Positions 18,805 through 27,956 of a DNA stretch of 57,000 bases are shown here, one piece after another (the first letter of the stretch is position 1; each line of letters starts with the position of its first letter). The stretch covers positions 1-57,000 of the IMG/VR virus record IMGVR_UViG_3300044711_000225. One strand, written 5' to 3'. Source of the DNA: a virus. Its lineage: Duplodnaviria; Caudoviricetes. The translations under genes and the position numbers were made by a program. The notes below the pieces were generated by a model. The model saw nothing but the letters and a program-made list of their open reading frames with translations, searched no databases and was not told the origin of the DNA.

Positions 18805-19079
18805 GAGGGCACCGCCTCGCAGTTCGCGAACCATTCCCGCAGCCCGCGCGCGACGTCCTGCGGGAAGACGACCTTCTCGCCGCGGACCTCGACGGTGCCG
18901 TCGCCGCAGAGTTTCAGGATCGGCTTGGTGTGGTCGCCGGTACAGAACAGGATGTCGCCCACTGCATGCGTGCCCGGTCCTGCGCCGGCCTGGATCGTCA
19001 GGTTGCCCGGCAGCGCCGTGGTGATCGCCGGACCGAGGTTGATGATGTTGCCGCCCTTGCCGTTCTTCTCGTTGCTCAT
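18801..19079 (-). CDS. Hypothetical protein
   Basis: MSNEKNGKGG... with RBS; ATGA overlap. Confidence 0.5.
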   Translation of the reverse strand: MSNEKNGKGGNIINLGPAITTALPGNLTIQAGAGPGTHAVGDILFCTGDHTKPILKLCGDGTVEVRGEKVVFPQDVARGLREWFANCEAVPS

Positions 19080-19123
19080 GTCGTCCCGCTCCCTTCGGCC
19101 GGGACCCGCCCGGCCTCCGTGTG

Positions 19124-19528
19124 TCACTCCCGGTTGACCCGCTTCGCCTCGAGGATGCCGCGCGCCGCCTCGATGCAGTCGCCGCAGATCCGCGTCCCGT
19201 TGCTGCGCGCGAGGTCGTGGTCGGGCCTCTCCTTGCGGCAGAACCCGCAGACGTTGAAGTCCGCTGGCAGCACGTCGCCGTCTGCGTCCACGCGCGCCAC
19301 CGCGGGACGGCCGATCGCCATGATCGCGTCCCACGCCGCATCCGTCAGCCGGTGCGGCGCTCCCGCGCTGAGCATCGCGAACGCCTGGGCCATCGGGACG
19401 GGGACGCCACGAAGGCCGGAGGAGCACGAGCACGGCCCTTCGTCCGCGTCGGAGCCGCCGTAGCTGACGCGCCCCGTCCCGTTGCACACCGGGCAGAGGA
19501 CGCCGAGCAGCACGTGCGTCGGCCTCAC
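19124..19528 (-). CDS. Zinc-finger protein with C-terminal ClpX C4-type finger
   Basis: CPVCNGTG; CGFCRK...ICGDCIEAARGIL. Confidence 0.65.
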   Translation of the reverse strand: MRPTHVLLGVLCPVCNGTGRVSYGGSDADEGPCSCSSGLRGVPVPMAQAFAMLSAGAPHRLTDAAWDAIMAIGRPAVARVDADGDVLPADFNVCGFCRKERPDHDLARSNGTRICGDCIEAARGILEAKRVNRE

Positions 19529-19934
19529 GTCGGCACCCGATCCGCCTCGGTCGCGACCGCCGCCACCGCCGGCTCGACGGGCCACTCCAGTAGCTCGACG
19601 TGGCAATCGACGAGCCGGTAGTAGGCGTGGCGCGTGACATCGTGCCCCGCGGCGAGCCAGCACGCGCTTCCCGTCTCGGGGTGGATCTTGTGGCATCGAG
19701 CGGCGGTGACCGAAGCGAGATCCACGTTGCGATCGAGGGCGGTGTGCGTGGCGCTGTCGAGGAAGTCGCGAGGACGGAGCCGCGTACGGAACCCGTGCGA
19801 GATCCCGGGCCCGCCATCGTCGACTTGCACGCGAAGATCCAGGTCGTACGGGTCGACACGCACGCCGTCGATCACGACGAGCGTTCCGGCGGCCGTGCCG
19901 TCGGTGCTGATCTCGAGCCTCACGTCGGCACCCG
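19522..19934 (+). repeat. 18-bp direct repeat GCCTCACGTCGGCACCCG (19522-19539, 19917-19934)
   Basis: Exact copies at two successive gene junctions. Confidence 0.85.
19525..19923 (-). CDS. Hypothetical protein flanked by 18-bp direct repeats
   Basis: GTGA overlaps at both ends. Confidence 0.5.
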   Translation of the reverse strand: MRLEISTDGTAAGTLVVIDGVRVDPYDLDLRVQVDDGGPGISHGFRTRLRPRDFLDSATHTALDRNVDLASVTAARCHKIHPETGSACWLAAGHDVTRHAYYRLVDCHVELLEWPVEPAVAAVATEADRVPT

Positions 19935-20120
19935 CGCCGGCTCCCAATCGTCCCCGCACATCCGCCCCTCGACGAGGTAGACGAGTTCCGGCGGGTGGTA
20001 CTCGCCCAGGCCCTCGAGCCGCACGTACGCGCGGTCACCGGGGCCGACCGAGTCGACGCGGTACACGGCGCCCGTGCGGCGGAACGCCCACCGGGAGTCG
20101 AGGGTAGCGGGCGCGTTCAC
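19920..20120 (-). CDS. Small hypothetical protein
   Basis: 66 aa; coupled overlaps. Confidence 0.45.
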   Translation of the reverse strand: MNAPATLDSRWAFRRTGAVYRVDSVGPGDRAYVRLEGLGEYHPPELVYLVEGRMCGDDWEPARVPT

Positions 20121-20473
20121 GACGTCGCACCAGCGCCCGTCGCCGCGCTGGCGCGCCGGATGACGCCGCTCGGCAGGTCGATCTTCGCGCCCTCGTCCAG
20201 CTTGTACTTCGCCGTCCATGCCGCCTTCATCTGCTCGATCAGGCCCTCGAGCGTCTTCGCTTCCGCAGCGGCCTCGCGCGCCTCCGCCTCCCGCGCGCGC
20301 TGCCGTTCGCGGCGCGTCTCGAGCTGGCTCATCGCGAGCTGCAGCGCGGCGACCTCTGCGGGCGGCACGCGCTCGACCGGTGCCGCGGCTGCGGGGTCAG
20401 TCGCGGCGAGTGCCGAGGGCGGCGCGGCTGCGGGTGCGTGCTTCGTTCCGTTCGTCTTCGTCGTCGTCGCCAT
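20117..20473 (-). CDS. Hypothetical coiled-coil protein
   Basis: GGAGGA RBS; 118 aa. Confidence 0.6.
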   Translation of the reverse strand: MATTTKTNGTKHAPAAAPPSALAATDPAAAAPVERVPPAEVAALQLAMSQLETRRERQRAREAEAREAAAEAKTLEGLIEQMKAAWTAKYKLDEGAKIDLPSGVIRRASAATGAGATS

Positions 20474-20476
20474 GTT

Positions 20477-20725
20477 CTAGTCCTCCTCCACGGTGATCTT
20501 GATCCTGTGCAGCGCGCCCGCGATCTTCCACTCGACGCGCTTCTCGTACCGCTGCGCACGGGCGCCGTAGTGCTGCCGCGGCTCGCAGTGCGGTTGCTCG
20601 CGAGCGGAGTAGCTGTCGAGCACGCCGTCGCGCAGATCCGCGGCGAGGCTCTCCAACCACTCCGCCGTCCGCGTCGCGTGCGCACGAAGCATCTCCCGAA
20701 CGGCCTCGCGTTCCTCGTCGGTCAT
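20477..20725 (-). CDS. Hypothetical protein
   Basis: MTDEEREAVREML...; ATGA overlap. Confidence 0.5.
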   Translation of the reverse strand: MTDEEREAVREMLRAHATRTAEWLESLAADLRDGVLDSYSAREQPHCEPRQHYGARAQRYEKRVEWKIAGALHRIKITVEED

Positions 20726-21351
20726 GAAGCCCTCGTGATCAGAGAGCCCAGCGGAAGGCGGATTTGGCGCCGAAGCATGGCGTGCCCGGTCGCCGTCAAT
20801 TCCGCGAAGCGCCATTGTCCGGCGGGCCCGAACCGCCGCAGGAGTCCAGCCGATTCAAGCTTGCGAAGCCTCGTGTTCGCAGCAGCTGTCGACAGATCGA
20901 AGTTTTCGGCAGCGGCTCCGCAAGACAGGTGCCCGGAGGCGATCTGACCGGCCGCGTATCGCAGCATGTTTTCCAGACCTGGCGACAGCGGACTGCGCGC
21001 CGCGCTGGGGTCTAGATAGGCTTCGATCTTGCGCCGCATCGGCAGATCCGGGGCGACCGGCAGCACGCCGCACGGTGGCGAGCGCGGTGCCGCCCGTTTC
21101 ACCGAACGGAGCCGAATGTTCGCGATCGTCTGCTCTTCAAGCAGAGGATCGGTGGGCTGCCAGCCGATGCGCGCTCCAACCCGGATCCATGTCCACCGAC
21201 CTTCGAAGTAGCCGTACATGCGCCCCGCGTTCGTGACCGGGAACGGCAGTCCGATCGCCGCGCGGTACCGCGCGGCGCCCTCTTCTCCGCTGTCCACGTG
21301 TCCGACCTCGCGAAGGTCTTCGCATCCGTCGAGGTCCCTCGGGTCACCCAT
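20722..21351 (-). CDS. Protein with C-terminal winged-helix HTH
   Basis: AAENFDLSTAAANTRLRKLESAGLLRR...ELTATG. Confidence 0.6.
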   Translation of the reverse strand: MGDPRDLDGCEDLREVGHVDSGEEGAARYRAAIGLPFPVTNAGRMYGYFEGRWTWIRVGARIGWQPTDPLLEEQTIANIRLRSVKRAAPRSPPCGVLPVAPDLPMRRKIEAYLDPSAARSPLSPGLENMLRYAAGQIASGHLSCGAAAENFDLSTAAANTRLRKLESAGLLRRFGPAGQWRFAELTATGHAMLRRQIRLPLGSLITRAS

Positions 21352-22037
21352 CACGCCTCCCTGTCCTCCCGCGTCACCGCGAGCACGAGCCCCTGCTCCG
21401 TCTCCCGAAGCTCCACCACGTACGCCGTCGCGCCCAGCAGCAGCCGACCGCGCGGCCTCTGCCCGACGCTCTTCGCGCGCTCGCCGCGGCCACCGAGCGA
21501 CGCGCCCGCGTACAGCGCGACGAGCGTCTCCCCTGCCGCCACGTGCGTGATCGGCCTCATCTGCAAGCCCGGCGGACGCCGTCCCGTCTCGCGCAGAGGC
21601 GTCGGGCGCGCCCCCGCCGGCCCTGCGACGCGCGCCGCCAACTGCACCCTGTTCGCTGCGGCGCGCACGGCCGCCACCGGCGCGCGCCGCGCGATCTCGA
21701 CGAGCGCCGGCCGCGCCTCCTTCGGCACCGGCAGGATCTTGATCAGCTTCGCCGTGCCGCACGCCTTCACCTCGTCCTCGGTGAAGTTCTTGGAGACGTC
21801 GATCAGCTTGTAGACGTACGGCCCGGTGAGCCCGAGCACGTCCTGCGTGAACACGTCCCAGCGCTTCCACTTCGGCTCCCAGTACGAGCGCCGCTTGTGC
21901 AGCTGCTCCAGCCGCTTGCCGATCTGCCAGAGGTCGCGACCGACGTTGCTCTGGAGCGCGCGGATCTCCGCGACGAGGCGGAACGCGACGAGCCGATCGG
22001 CCTCGTTCGCCGACGTCTGCAACGCGCCGCCGGTCAT
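21351..22037 (-). CDS. DUF3102-like DNA-binding protein
   Basis: LWQIGKRLEQL...WDVF...LGLT...YKLIDV pattern. Confidence 0.5.
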   Translation of the reverse strand: MTGGALQTSANEADRLVAFRLVAEIRALQSNVGRDLWQIGKRLEQLHKRRSYWEPKWKRWDVFTQDVLGLTGPYVYKLIDVSKNFTEDEVKACGTAKLIKILPVPKEARPALVEIARRAPVAAVRAAANRVQLAARVAGPAGARPTPLRETGRRPPGLQMRPITHVAAGETLVALYAGASLGGRGERAKSVGQRPRGRLLLGATAYVVELRETEQGLVLAVTREDREA

Positions 22038-23614
22038 CGCCGCCTCCCGCCGCCCAGCGTCGCCGACAAAGCCGCGTACGGGTCGATCCCCCGCTCCTGC
22101 ACCTCGTACCAGTTCGCGTCCGCGGCGCGCGCCGTCTCCTCCGACTGCTCGAGCCGCGTCGAGGCCGGTTCGTGCACCGCGAGGCACAGCGCGTCGGCGC
22201 GGTCCGGCGAGCGCTTCAGCCTCGCCGAGACCGCCTCCTTCGGTTCGAGCTTCGGCCGCGACCGCGCGTCGAGCTCGTACCCGGGCGCGATGAGCTCCGC
22301 CGCGAGCTTCTTGTCGTGCATCGGGTTCGCGCGCCCGTCCGCGAGCCGCTCCGGGGGCAGCGCCCCGCCCGCGCGCAGCCACTCCGACGTCCCGAACCAG
22401 ATCTGATCGCGCCGCGTCGGGTAGTCGGCACCGACGGGCAGCGGCCCGAAGTCCACGCCGACCACGTCGATCTCGTCCTCGTACGCCTTCGCGCGCAGCC
22501 GCGCCGCCATCTTCGCGCCTGCGCCGCCCGAGCCGCCCGACACGTCGACCTTCACCGCCGCCTTCGCCTCGTTCCTCCCTCGATGCTCCCGGATGAACTG
22601 GATCACCTCCGCCTCGAGCTCGTCCTCGTCGAGCCGCACGGCGCGCACCTGCAGCACACGCGCGCCGCGCCGCGCCGCCATGCCGCTCGCGTCGTCGCCG
22701 AGCCCCGCTGGATCCACTCCCACGTGCAGCCGCCCCACCGCCGCCGTCTCTTCCCAGCGCTCCTCGGCCTCGGTGACGAGGTGCAGCTGGATCACCTTGC
22801 GCGCCTCCTCGCGCGGGAAGTTGCCAGCGACGCGCACCTGGTAGAGCGCGCTCTCCTCGCCCCACTCCACGCGCTTCTCTTCGACCCACGCGCGCGTCGC
22901 GAGCCCCGGGATCGCCTTGCCGCGACCCGACGCGTTCGGCGTGTCCTCGCTCGACACGTGGATGCACTGGTAGAGATCGCGCTTCGAGTTGTGCGACGCG
23001 AAGAACTCCCCGCTGTTCTTCGTCGGGTTGCCGAAGAGCACGACGCGCGCGCCACCCGCGCGGTTGCCTTCGATCGCCTCGTAGATGATGTCCGGGACGC
23101 CGCTCGCCTCGTCGAGCAGGTACAGCAGGTTCGGACCGCTGATCCCCGCCACGGCCTCCGCCTCCTTCGCCGTGAAGCCGCAGATCTGCCGGAAGTCCTC
23201 GCTCTTGAGCCCCGACCGCGCAAGCTTCGCGAGCTCGCCACCGATCGGCACGAGCGCGCGCCGGTGCCGCATCGACAGCTCGCGCCAGAGGATCTCGTCC
23301 ACCTGCCGCGACGTCACGCTCGACATGACGACGCGCGCGTCCGCGAACGAGCAGTAGAACCAGAGCGCGATCGTCGCGGCGCACAGCGATTTGCCGACCT
23401 TGTGCCCGCTCCGCACCGTCACGCGGGCGTGGTCGCGCACCGCCTCGAGGATCTCCTGCTGCTTCTCCCAGAGCTCGACGCCGAGCACGTGCGTCGCGAA
23501 GCCGATCGGGTCCGCCGCGTACAGCGCCGAGGGCCACGCGTGCCCCGACGTCGCAGCGTGCGCGGACAGCATCGCCTCCGACAGCGCCCCCGCGATCGGC
23601 ACCACGCGCGTCAC
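22034..23614 (-). CDS. terL: Terminase large subunit
   Basis: RSGHKVGKS Walker A, LLDEA Walker B, GNPT, VGVDPAG and SPDRADAL nuclease motifs. Confidence 0.93.
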   Translation of the reverse strand: MTRVVPIAGALSEAMLSAHAATSGHAWPSALYAADPIGFATHVLGVELWEKQQEILEAVRDHARVTVRSGHKVGKSLCAATIALWFYCSFADARVVMSSVTSRQVDEILWRELSMRHRRALVPIGGELAKLARSGLKSEDFRQICGFTAKEAEAVAGISGPNLLYLLDEASGVPDIIYEAIEGNRAGGARVVLFGNPTKNSGEFFASHNSKRDLYQCIHVSSEDTPNASGRGKAIPGLATRAWVEEKRVEWGEESALYQVRVAGNFPREEARKVIQLHLVTEAEERWEETAAVGRLHVGVDPAGLGDDASGMAARRGARVLQVRAVRLDEDELEAEVIQFIREHRGRNEAKAAVKVDVSGGSGGAGAKMAARLRAKAYEDEIDVVGVDFGPLPVGADYPTRRDQIWFGTSEWLRAGGALPPERLADGRANPMHDKKLAAELIAPGYELDARSRPKLEPKEAVSARLKRSPDRADALCLAVHEPASTRLEQSEETARAADANWYEVQERGIDPYAALSATLGGGRRR

Positions 23615-24183
23615 TCGCCCTCCGCCGCAAGCCGCGCAAGCGCCTCGCCAATCACCCGCTGCCCACCCGGCAGCGTCCCCGCCGCCTCGACGAGGACGCG
23701 CTCGACGCGTCGCCACGCCGACGACCGGAGGATCTCCGCGGGCGTCATCTCCCGCGCCGCCTCGCACCGAGAGAGCAGCGCGACGGCGTCGCGCTCGAGC
23801 CGCGCTGCCACCTGCAGGTCGCCCAGCGAAGGGCTCGGGCCGAGGCTCTCCCGGATCTTCTGCGCCCGCCTCACTCCGTCGCGGGCGTGCTCCAGCGCGA
23901 TCGGGTGCCCTTCGATCGCCGCTGGTGACGTCGCGCATGAGACGTCCGCGGGCGTGTCGCTCGCTGACTGGACGCCCACGGCAGCTACCTCGCCGCCCAC
24001 CGCCGCCGCCGAGCGGGCGCGCTCCACGCTCCTGCCCACGGTCTGCCGACTCAGCCCCGTCTCGCGAGCCGCGTCCCGCTCCGATCGCCCACCATGCAGC
24101 ACGAGCTCCACGGCGCGCGCTACGGCCTCCTGGGGCGCCGGGGCTACCATCGGGCCGCCCCTCCGAGGCACTGGGCCATCCAT
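23611..24183 (-). CDS. Putative terminase small subunit (N-terminal HTH)
   Basis: SERDAARETGLSRQTV HTH; coupled to terL; start uncertain. Confidence 0.6.
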   Translation of the reverse strand: MDGPVPRRGGPMVAPAPQEAVARAVELVLHGGRSERDAARETGLSRQTVGRSVERARSAAAVGGEVAAVGVQSASDTPADVSCATSPAAIEGHPIALEHARDGVRRAQKIRESLGPSPSLGDLQVAARLERDAVALLSRCEAAREMTPAEILRSSAWRRVERVLVEAAGTLPGGQRVIGEALARLAAEGE

Positions 24184-24259
24184 TGGGCCAGATCGGGCCG
24201 AACCACCTGAAGGGGATCACCGCCCCTATTGACGCGGCGCACTGTAGAAGGGGGGTAGG

Positions 24260-24467
24260 CTGCCCCTTTCAGCTGCCCCCCTACCTGCCCCTTTCGACCT
24301 GCCCCTTTTGCCTGCCCCTTCTGGGCCTGAACGTCGCTGCCCACCTGCCCCCGGAGGCTGCCCCGCCCGCGCTGCCCCCCCTTCGGGGGGGGGGAAGCAG
24401 CGGGGCAGGTCAGCCATCCGGACACCTGCCCCGGGCAGGCTGCCCCTTGCCTGCCCCTACCTGCCCC
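24260..24467. repeat. Iteron-like CTGCCCC repeat tract, putative replication origin
   Basis: 12 perfect direct CTGCCCC copies, inverted copies at ~24402 and ~24433, C7-TTCG-G9 hairpin at 24375-24394; directly downstream of primase-helicase. Confidence 0.75.
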
Positions 24468-24481
24468 TTGTGTGGCACGCA

Positions 24482-26923
24482 TCATGCGTTGATCCCCTGA
24501 GTGGTTGGCTCAGCGGGTGGGGGTGCGTCATAAATCCGGTAGCGGTGCCTGCCGCCTTCGCCCAGGTCGCGGACCTCGCCGCGGTTGATCAGGTACTCGA
24601 GGGCGCCGTCGACGAGGGTGTGCTTGCCCCCGATCTCCTGCCTGAGTCCCATCGTGCCCATGTCGGGCTTCCGGCGAATGACGTTGCGGAGGCGCGCGCA
24701 GCGCTCCTCGAAGCTCTCGCGGCGCTTGGCCGAGGCGGTCTCGGCTGAGGCGGCGAGCCCTGATACCGTGACACCGGCCGGCGTTCCGCGCTCGGGATCC
24801 GGCACCGTGTCGAGGATGCGCAGCGGGAACGTGTCGGGGATCGCGGGCTTGCCGTTGCGCGCCTTGGTCTGCACGAGGTCGATGCACTCGTCCTCGCGGT
24901 TGAGGCTGGAGACCAGGATGACGTCGGCGGCGTCGAAGATGGCCGACGAGCCGCGGAGGGCCTCGCGCTGGTCTGCGGGCTCCTGGCCGCGCTGCTGCGT
25001 GCCCGACTTCTTGCTGTGGGCGAGGACGCAGAAGCTACAGGCGGTGTGCTCGGCTACCCGCTTCAGCATGTCGAGGCCGAGGCGGAACGCGCTGTCGTTC
25101 TCGTCGCCCAGCGGGGAGGCGGCGCGCAGGCTGTCGAGGACGATCAGGGAGGCGCCGTCGGCGATGCGGTGGAGCTCGTCCTCGAGGCGGCGCTCGTGCA
25201 GGTAGACGCCCGGCATGGGGGCGATCTGGAGGCCGTCGATGCGCGAGAGCGCGCGGCCTGCGGCGAGCGCCTGGAGCCTGCGGCGGAGCTCGCGGTCCCC
25301 GTTCTCGTAGTCGATCATGGTCGAGAGCCCGGCCGCGCACGGGAACGCGCCGAGCCAGCGATCGCCCGCGCCGACGGCGCATAGCATGTCGAGGGCGAGC
25401 CAGGTTTTCGAACTCGAGCCGTAGCCGCCGAGGATCATCAGGGAGGATTTAGGGAGCAGCTGCCCGACGGCGTACTCGAGCGGCGGCAGCGGCGCGAAGA
25501 TGTGGTCGGGCCCGTGGATGGTGAACAGCGGCCGCCTGGTGGTGGAGGCATGGGGCGGCGGGGTCGCGGCCTCCTCGGCGATCGCGGCGCGCTCCTCGGC
25601 GTCCACGTCTGCAGCCGTCCACGCCTGCTCGCGCTGCTCATGCTCGTCATGGAGTGGCTCGCGCGCGTGGCGCTCCTGCCGCTCGACCGGGAACCCCTCG
25701 AAGTTGAACCACTCGGCCAGCAGGTCCACCGCGGCCTTGCCCGTGACGCCCTCGTGCTCGGCCACGATGTCCACGGGCGTCCGGTAGCCGGGCTTGCCTG
25801 GCGCTCCGGCCATCGAGCAGCGGGCGTGTAGGCACTTCACGCCGTTGCCGATGATCGCGACGGACGTGTCGCCCGCGCCTGACTCGGTGCCGCACCCGAC
25901 GCAGCGGAGCGAGCCGTCCGCATCGAGGAGGCCGAGTCGGGCGCAGACGTCGGACACGTCGAGCGCGTTCGCGCGCGCGAACGGCGTGTCGATCTGCCGC
26001 ACGGCGGGGGTTTGGGGTCGGGCGGGCGTGGGGCGCTGCGCGGGGGCGGCGGGGGCCTGTGCGCGGGGCTTGCCGATCGCCTTGTCCACCGCGGCGAGCT
26101 GCTCCGGATTGAGGAACTCGCGCAGCGAGGCGAGCAGGCTGATCAGGGCGTCGAGGCTGATCCGCTCGGGCTCGGCGTCGCAGACGAGCGCGGTGCGGCG
26201 GTGCGGCCGGTCGGCGAGGCCGCTCGCGCCCTTGCGCTTCGTCGTGCCCCAGGCGGGACAGAGGCGCTTGGCGTCGGAGACGGACACGTCGATCTCGACC
26301 GACTCGGATGCGTACGCCTCGCGGAGCGCCGCCAGGACGCCGCGGATCAGTTGGCCAAGCTGGGCGGAATCGGGGAGGCCGTCGAGCGCGATGAGCACGG
26401 CGCCGCCGTTGCCGCTGTGGCCGATGGCGAGGGGCTTCGTGGTGCCGAGGATCTCGCGCAGGCGGTGGTAGATCCGCTCGGCGACCTCGAGCGCGCCGTG
26501 CAGCTGCTCCTCGGTGGCGCTAGTGCCCTTCGGCCGCCGCGCGTCGACGTCGACGAAGAGCAGGCACCGGGCGCGGATGTCGCTGTCCGTCGTGCTCTCG
26601 CCCTTCTGCGACGGGTGCCAGCGATCGATCTCGGCGCGGCTCGCGACAGCGGCGTCCACGCGGTTCGCGATGTAGTAGATGCCCTGCGCCTGGTAGCGGT
26701 CGGCCTGCGTGAGGAGCGCGACGAGCCCCGCGGCGGTCGTGGAGTGGGCGAAGCGGTTGTCCTGGTAGCGGCCGGGGATGTGCAGCGCCTGGATCTCGAC
26801 GGGCTCGCCGGGGAGCGTGCCGCGGAACGCGAGCCAGCGCTCGACGAGGACCTCGAGGCTGTCGTGCTCTTGCGCTGCGCGGAGGCGCGCGAGGAGACCG
26901 GTGGCGGAGGCGTGGATCGTCAT
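24482..26923 (-). CDS. Primase-helicase (AEP-like primase, Zn finger, AAA_25/RepA-like helicase, wHTH)
   Basis: LFVDVD, HSGNG, CVGC/CLHARC, GYGSSSKT, IVLDS, HSKK, RGSSA. Confidence 0.85.
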   Translation of the reverse strand: MTIHASATGLLARLRAAQEHDSLEVLVERWLAFRGTLPGEPVEIQALHIPGRYQDNRFAHSTTAAGLVALLTQADRYQAQGIYYIANRVDAAVASRAEIDRWHPSQKGESTTDSDIRARCLLFVDVDARRPKGTSATEEQLHGALEVAERIYHRLREILGTTKPLAIGHSGNGGAVLIALDGLPDSAQLGQLIRGVLAALREAYASESVEIDVSVSDAKRLCPAWGTTKRKGASGLADRPHRRTALVCDAEPERISLDALISLLASLREFLNPEQLAAVDKAIGKPRAQAPAAPAQRPTPARPQTPAVRQIDTPFARANALDVSDVCARLGLLDADGSLRCVGCGTESGAGDTSVAIIGNGVKCLHARCSMAGAPGKPGYRTPVDIVAEHEGVTGKAAVDLLAEWFNFEGFPVERQERHAREPLHDEHEQREQAWTAADVDAEERAAIAEEAATPPPHASTTRRPLFTIHGPDHIFAPLPPLEYAVGQLLPKSSLMILGGYGSSSKTWLALDMLCAVGAGDRWLGAFPCAAGLSTMIDYENGDRELRRRLQALAAGRALSRIDGLQIAPMPGVYLHERRLEDELHRIADGASLIVLDSLRAASPLGDENDSAFRLGLDMLKRVAEHTACSFCVLAHSKKSGTQQRGQEPADQREALRGSSAIFDAADVILVSSLNREDECIDLVQTKARNGKPAIPDTFPLRILDTVPDPERGTPAGVTVSGLAASAETASAKRRESFEERCARLRNVIRRKPDMGTMGLRQEIGGKHTLVDGALEYLINRGEVRDLGEGGRHRYRIYDAPPPAEPTTQGINA

Positions 26924-27135
26924 CACGTCGACGCTCCGGCGAGGCATGTCCGGCGGCGGGGCGCGGCCGTCGGGCGCGACCCCTGGCGCTCCTCCAACAC
27001 GTCCCAGGCGCGATCGTAGGAGTCGGCCGGGAGCATCGCGACGAACGCGACCACGGCAGGGTGCGCATGGTCGGGCCACCGCTGCGTGAACGCGGCGCCG
27101 ACGAGCAGCGCGAGCAGGATGTGCTCGGGGCTCAT
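26923..27135 (-). CDS. Small hypothetical protein
   Basis: 70 aa; coupled overlaps. Confidence 0.4.
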   Translation of the reverse strand: MSPEHILLALLVGAAFTQRWPDHAHPAVVAFVAMLPADSYDRAWDVLEERQGSRPTAAPRRRTCLAGAST

Positions 27136-27320
27136 GTACGTTCGTGCTCCTCGTCGCTCGGAGCAGCCGGAGGCGTCCACCCGTCACGCAGGGCGGCGTA
27201 GACGCGCGCGCGGAACTCCCGCGTGTTCTGCCCCGGCGCGGCGTGGATGGCGCTGCGCTGGTGGATCGATGCACCGCGGGCGATCCATTCGGCGTCAAGC
27301 TGCGGATCTCGGTAGGTCAC
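27132..27320 (-). CDS. Small hypothetical protein
   Basis: 62 aa; coupled overlaps. Confidence 0.45.
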   Translation of the reverse strand: MTYRDPQLDAEWIARGASIHQRSAIHAAPGQNTREFRARVYAALRDGWTPPAAPSDEEHERT

Positions 27321-27856
27321 GGTCGCGCCTGCCGCGCGCGGACGATCACCGCGCGCGCCTCATCCACGCTCCGCACGACGCCAACCACGGCGCCGCGCTT
27401 CGTTGCCGCCTCGTGCCACCGCACCTGGTCCGGCGACGCGGCCCGCCCCTCGACCTTGAGCTCGAGCCCCACGAACCTCCCCGCCGCGATCCCGACGAGG
27501 TCCGGCGAGCCGACGCCGATCCCGAAGTGGATCGTGTGCGGCTTCGCGGCGACGCGGCAGGTGGGACAGAGCGAGCCCAGCAGCGCGCGCCGGTAGCCGA
27601 GCCCGACCTCGTTGCGGCAGAGCAGCACGTCCGGCTCGCGCCCGAGGTCGAGCAGCACACGCCGCTCAAGGACCGCCTCGTCGCGCCGGCGGGCGGTGGC
27701 AGGGCGCTTGGCGAGGATGGCGCGGCGCGCGGCGACGGTGGAGATGCCGAGGTCCTCCGGCTCGAGCACGCCGAGGCGGAGCTGCTCGGCGAGGTCGAGG
27801 CGCTCGTCGGCCGACAGCGGGTCGGAGGGGGTGGCGAGGGGCAGCGGGAGCGTCAC
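27317..27856 (-). CDS. VRR-NUC domain nuclease
   Basis: GSPDLVG...GLELK...SPDQVRW...VVRSVDEA. Confidence 0.88.
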   Translation of the reverse strand: MTLPLPLATPSDPLSADERLDLAEQLRLGVLEPEDLGISTVAARRAILAKRPATARRRDEAVLERRVLLDLGREPDVLLCRNEVGLGYRRALLGSLCPTCRVAAKPHTIHFGIGVGSPDLVGIAAGRFVGLELKVEGRAASPDQVRWHEAATKRGAVVGVVRSVDEARAVIVRARQARP

Positions 27857-27956
27857 GGGCGCCTCCTCGGTGCGACGGTGACGACGACGAGCCCGATCAG
27901 GCAGAGCAGGTCCACCACGTCGAGCGAGGTGAGCCGGCCGAGGTGGAGCGCGGCGT

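Noticed and set aside
24260-24467. Possible CRISPR array
   Set aside because: Repeats are 7 bp with very short irregular spacers; no cas genes
24144-24485. ORFs across the repeat tract
   Set aside because: Low-complexity translations of the heptamer repeat
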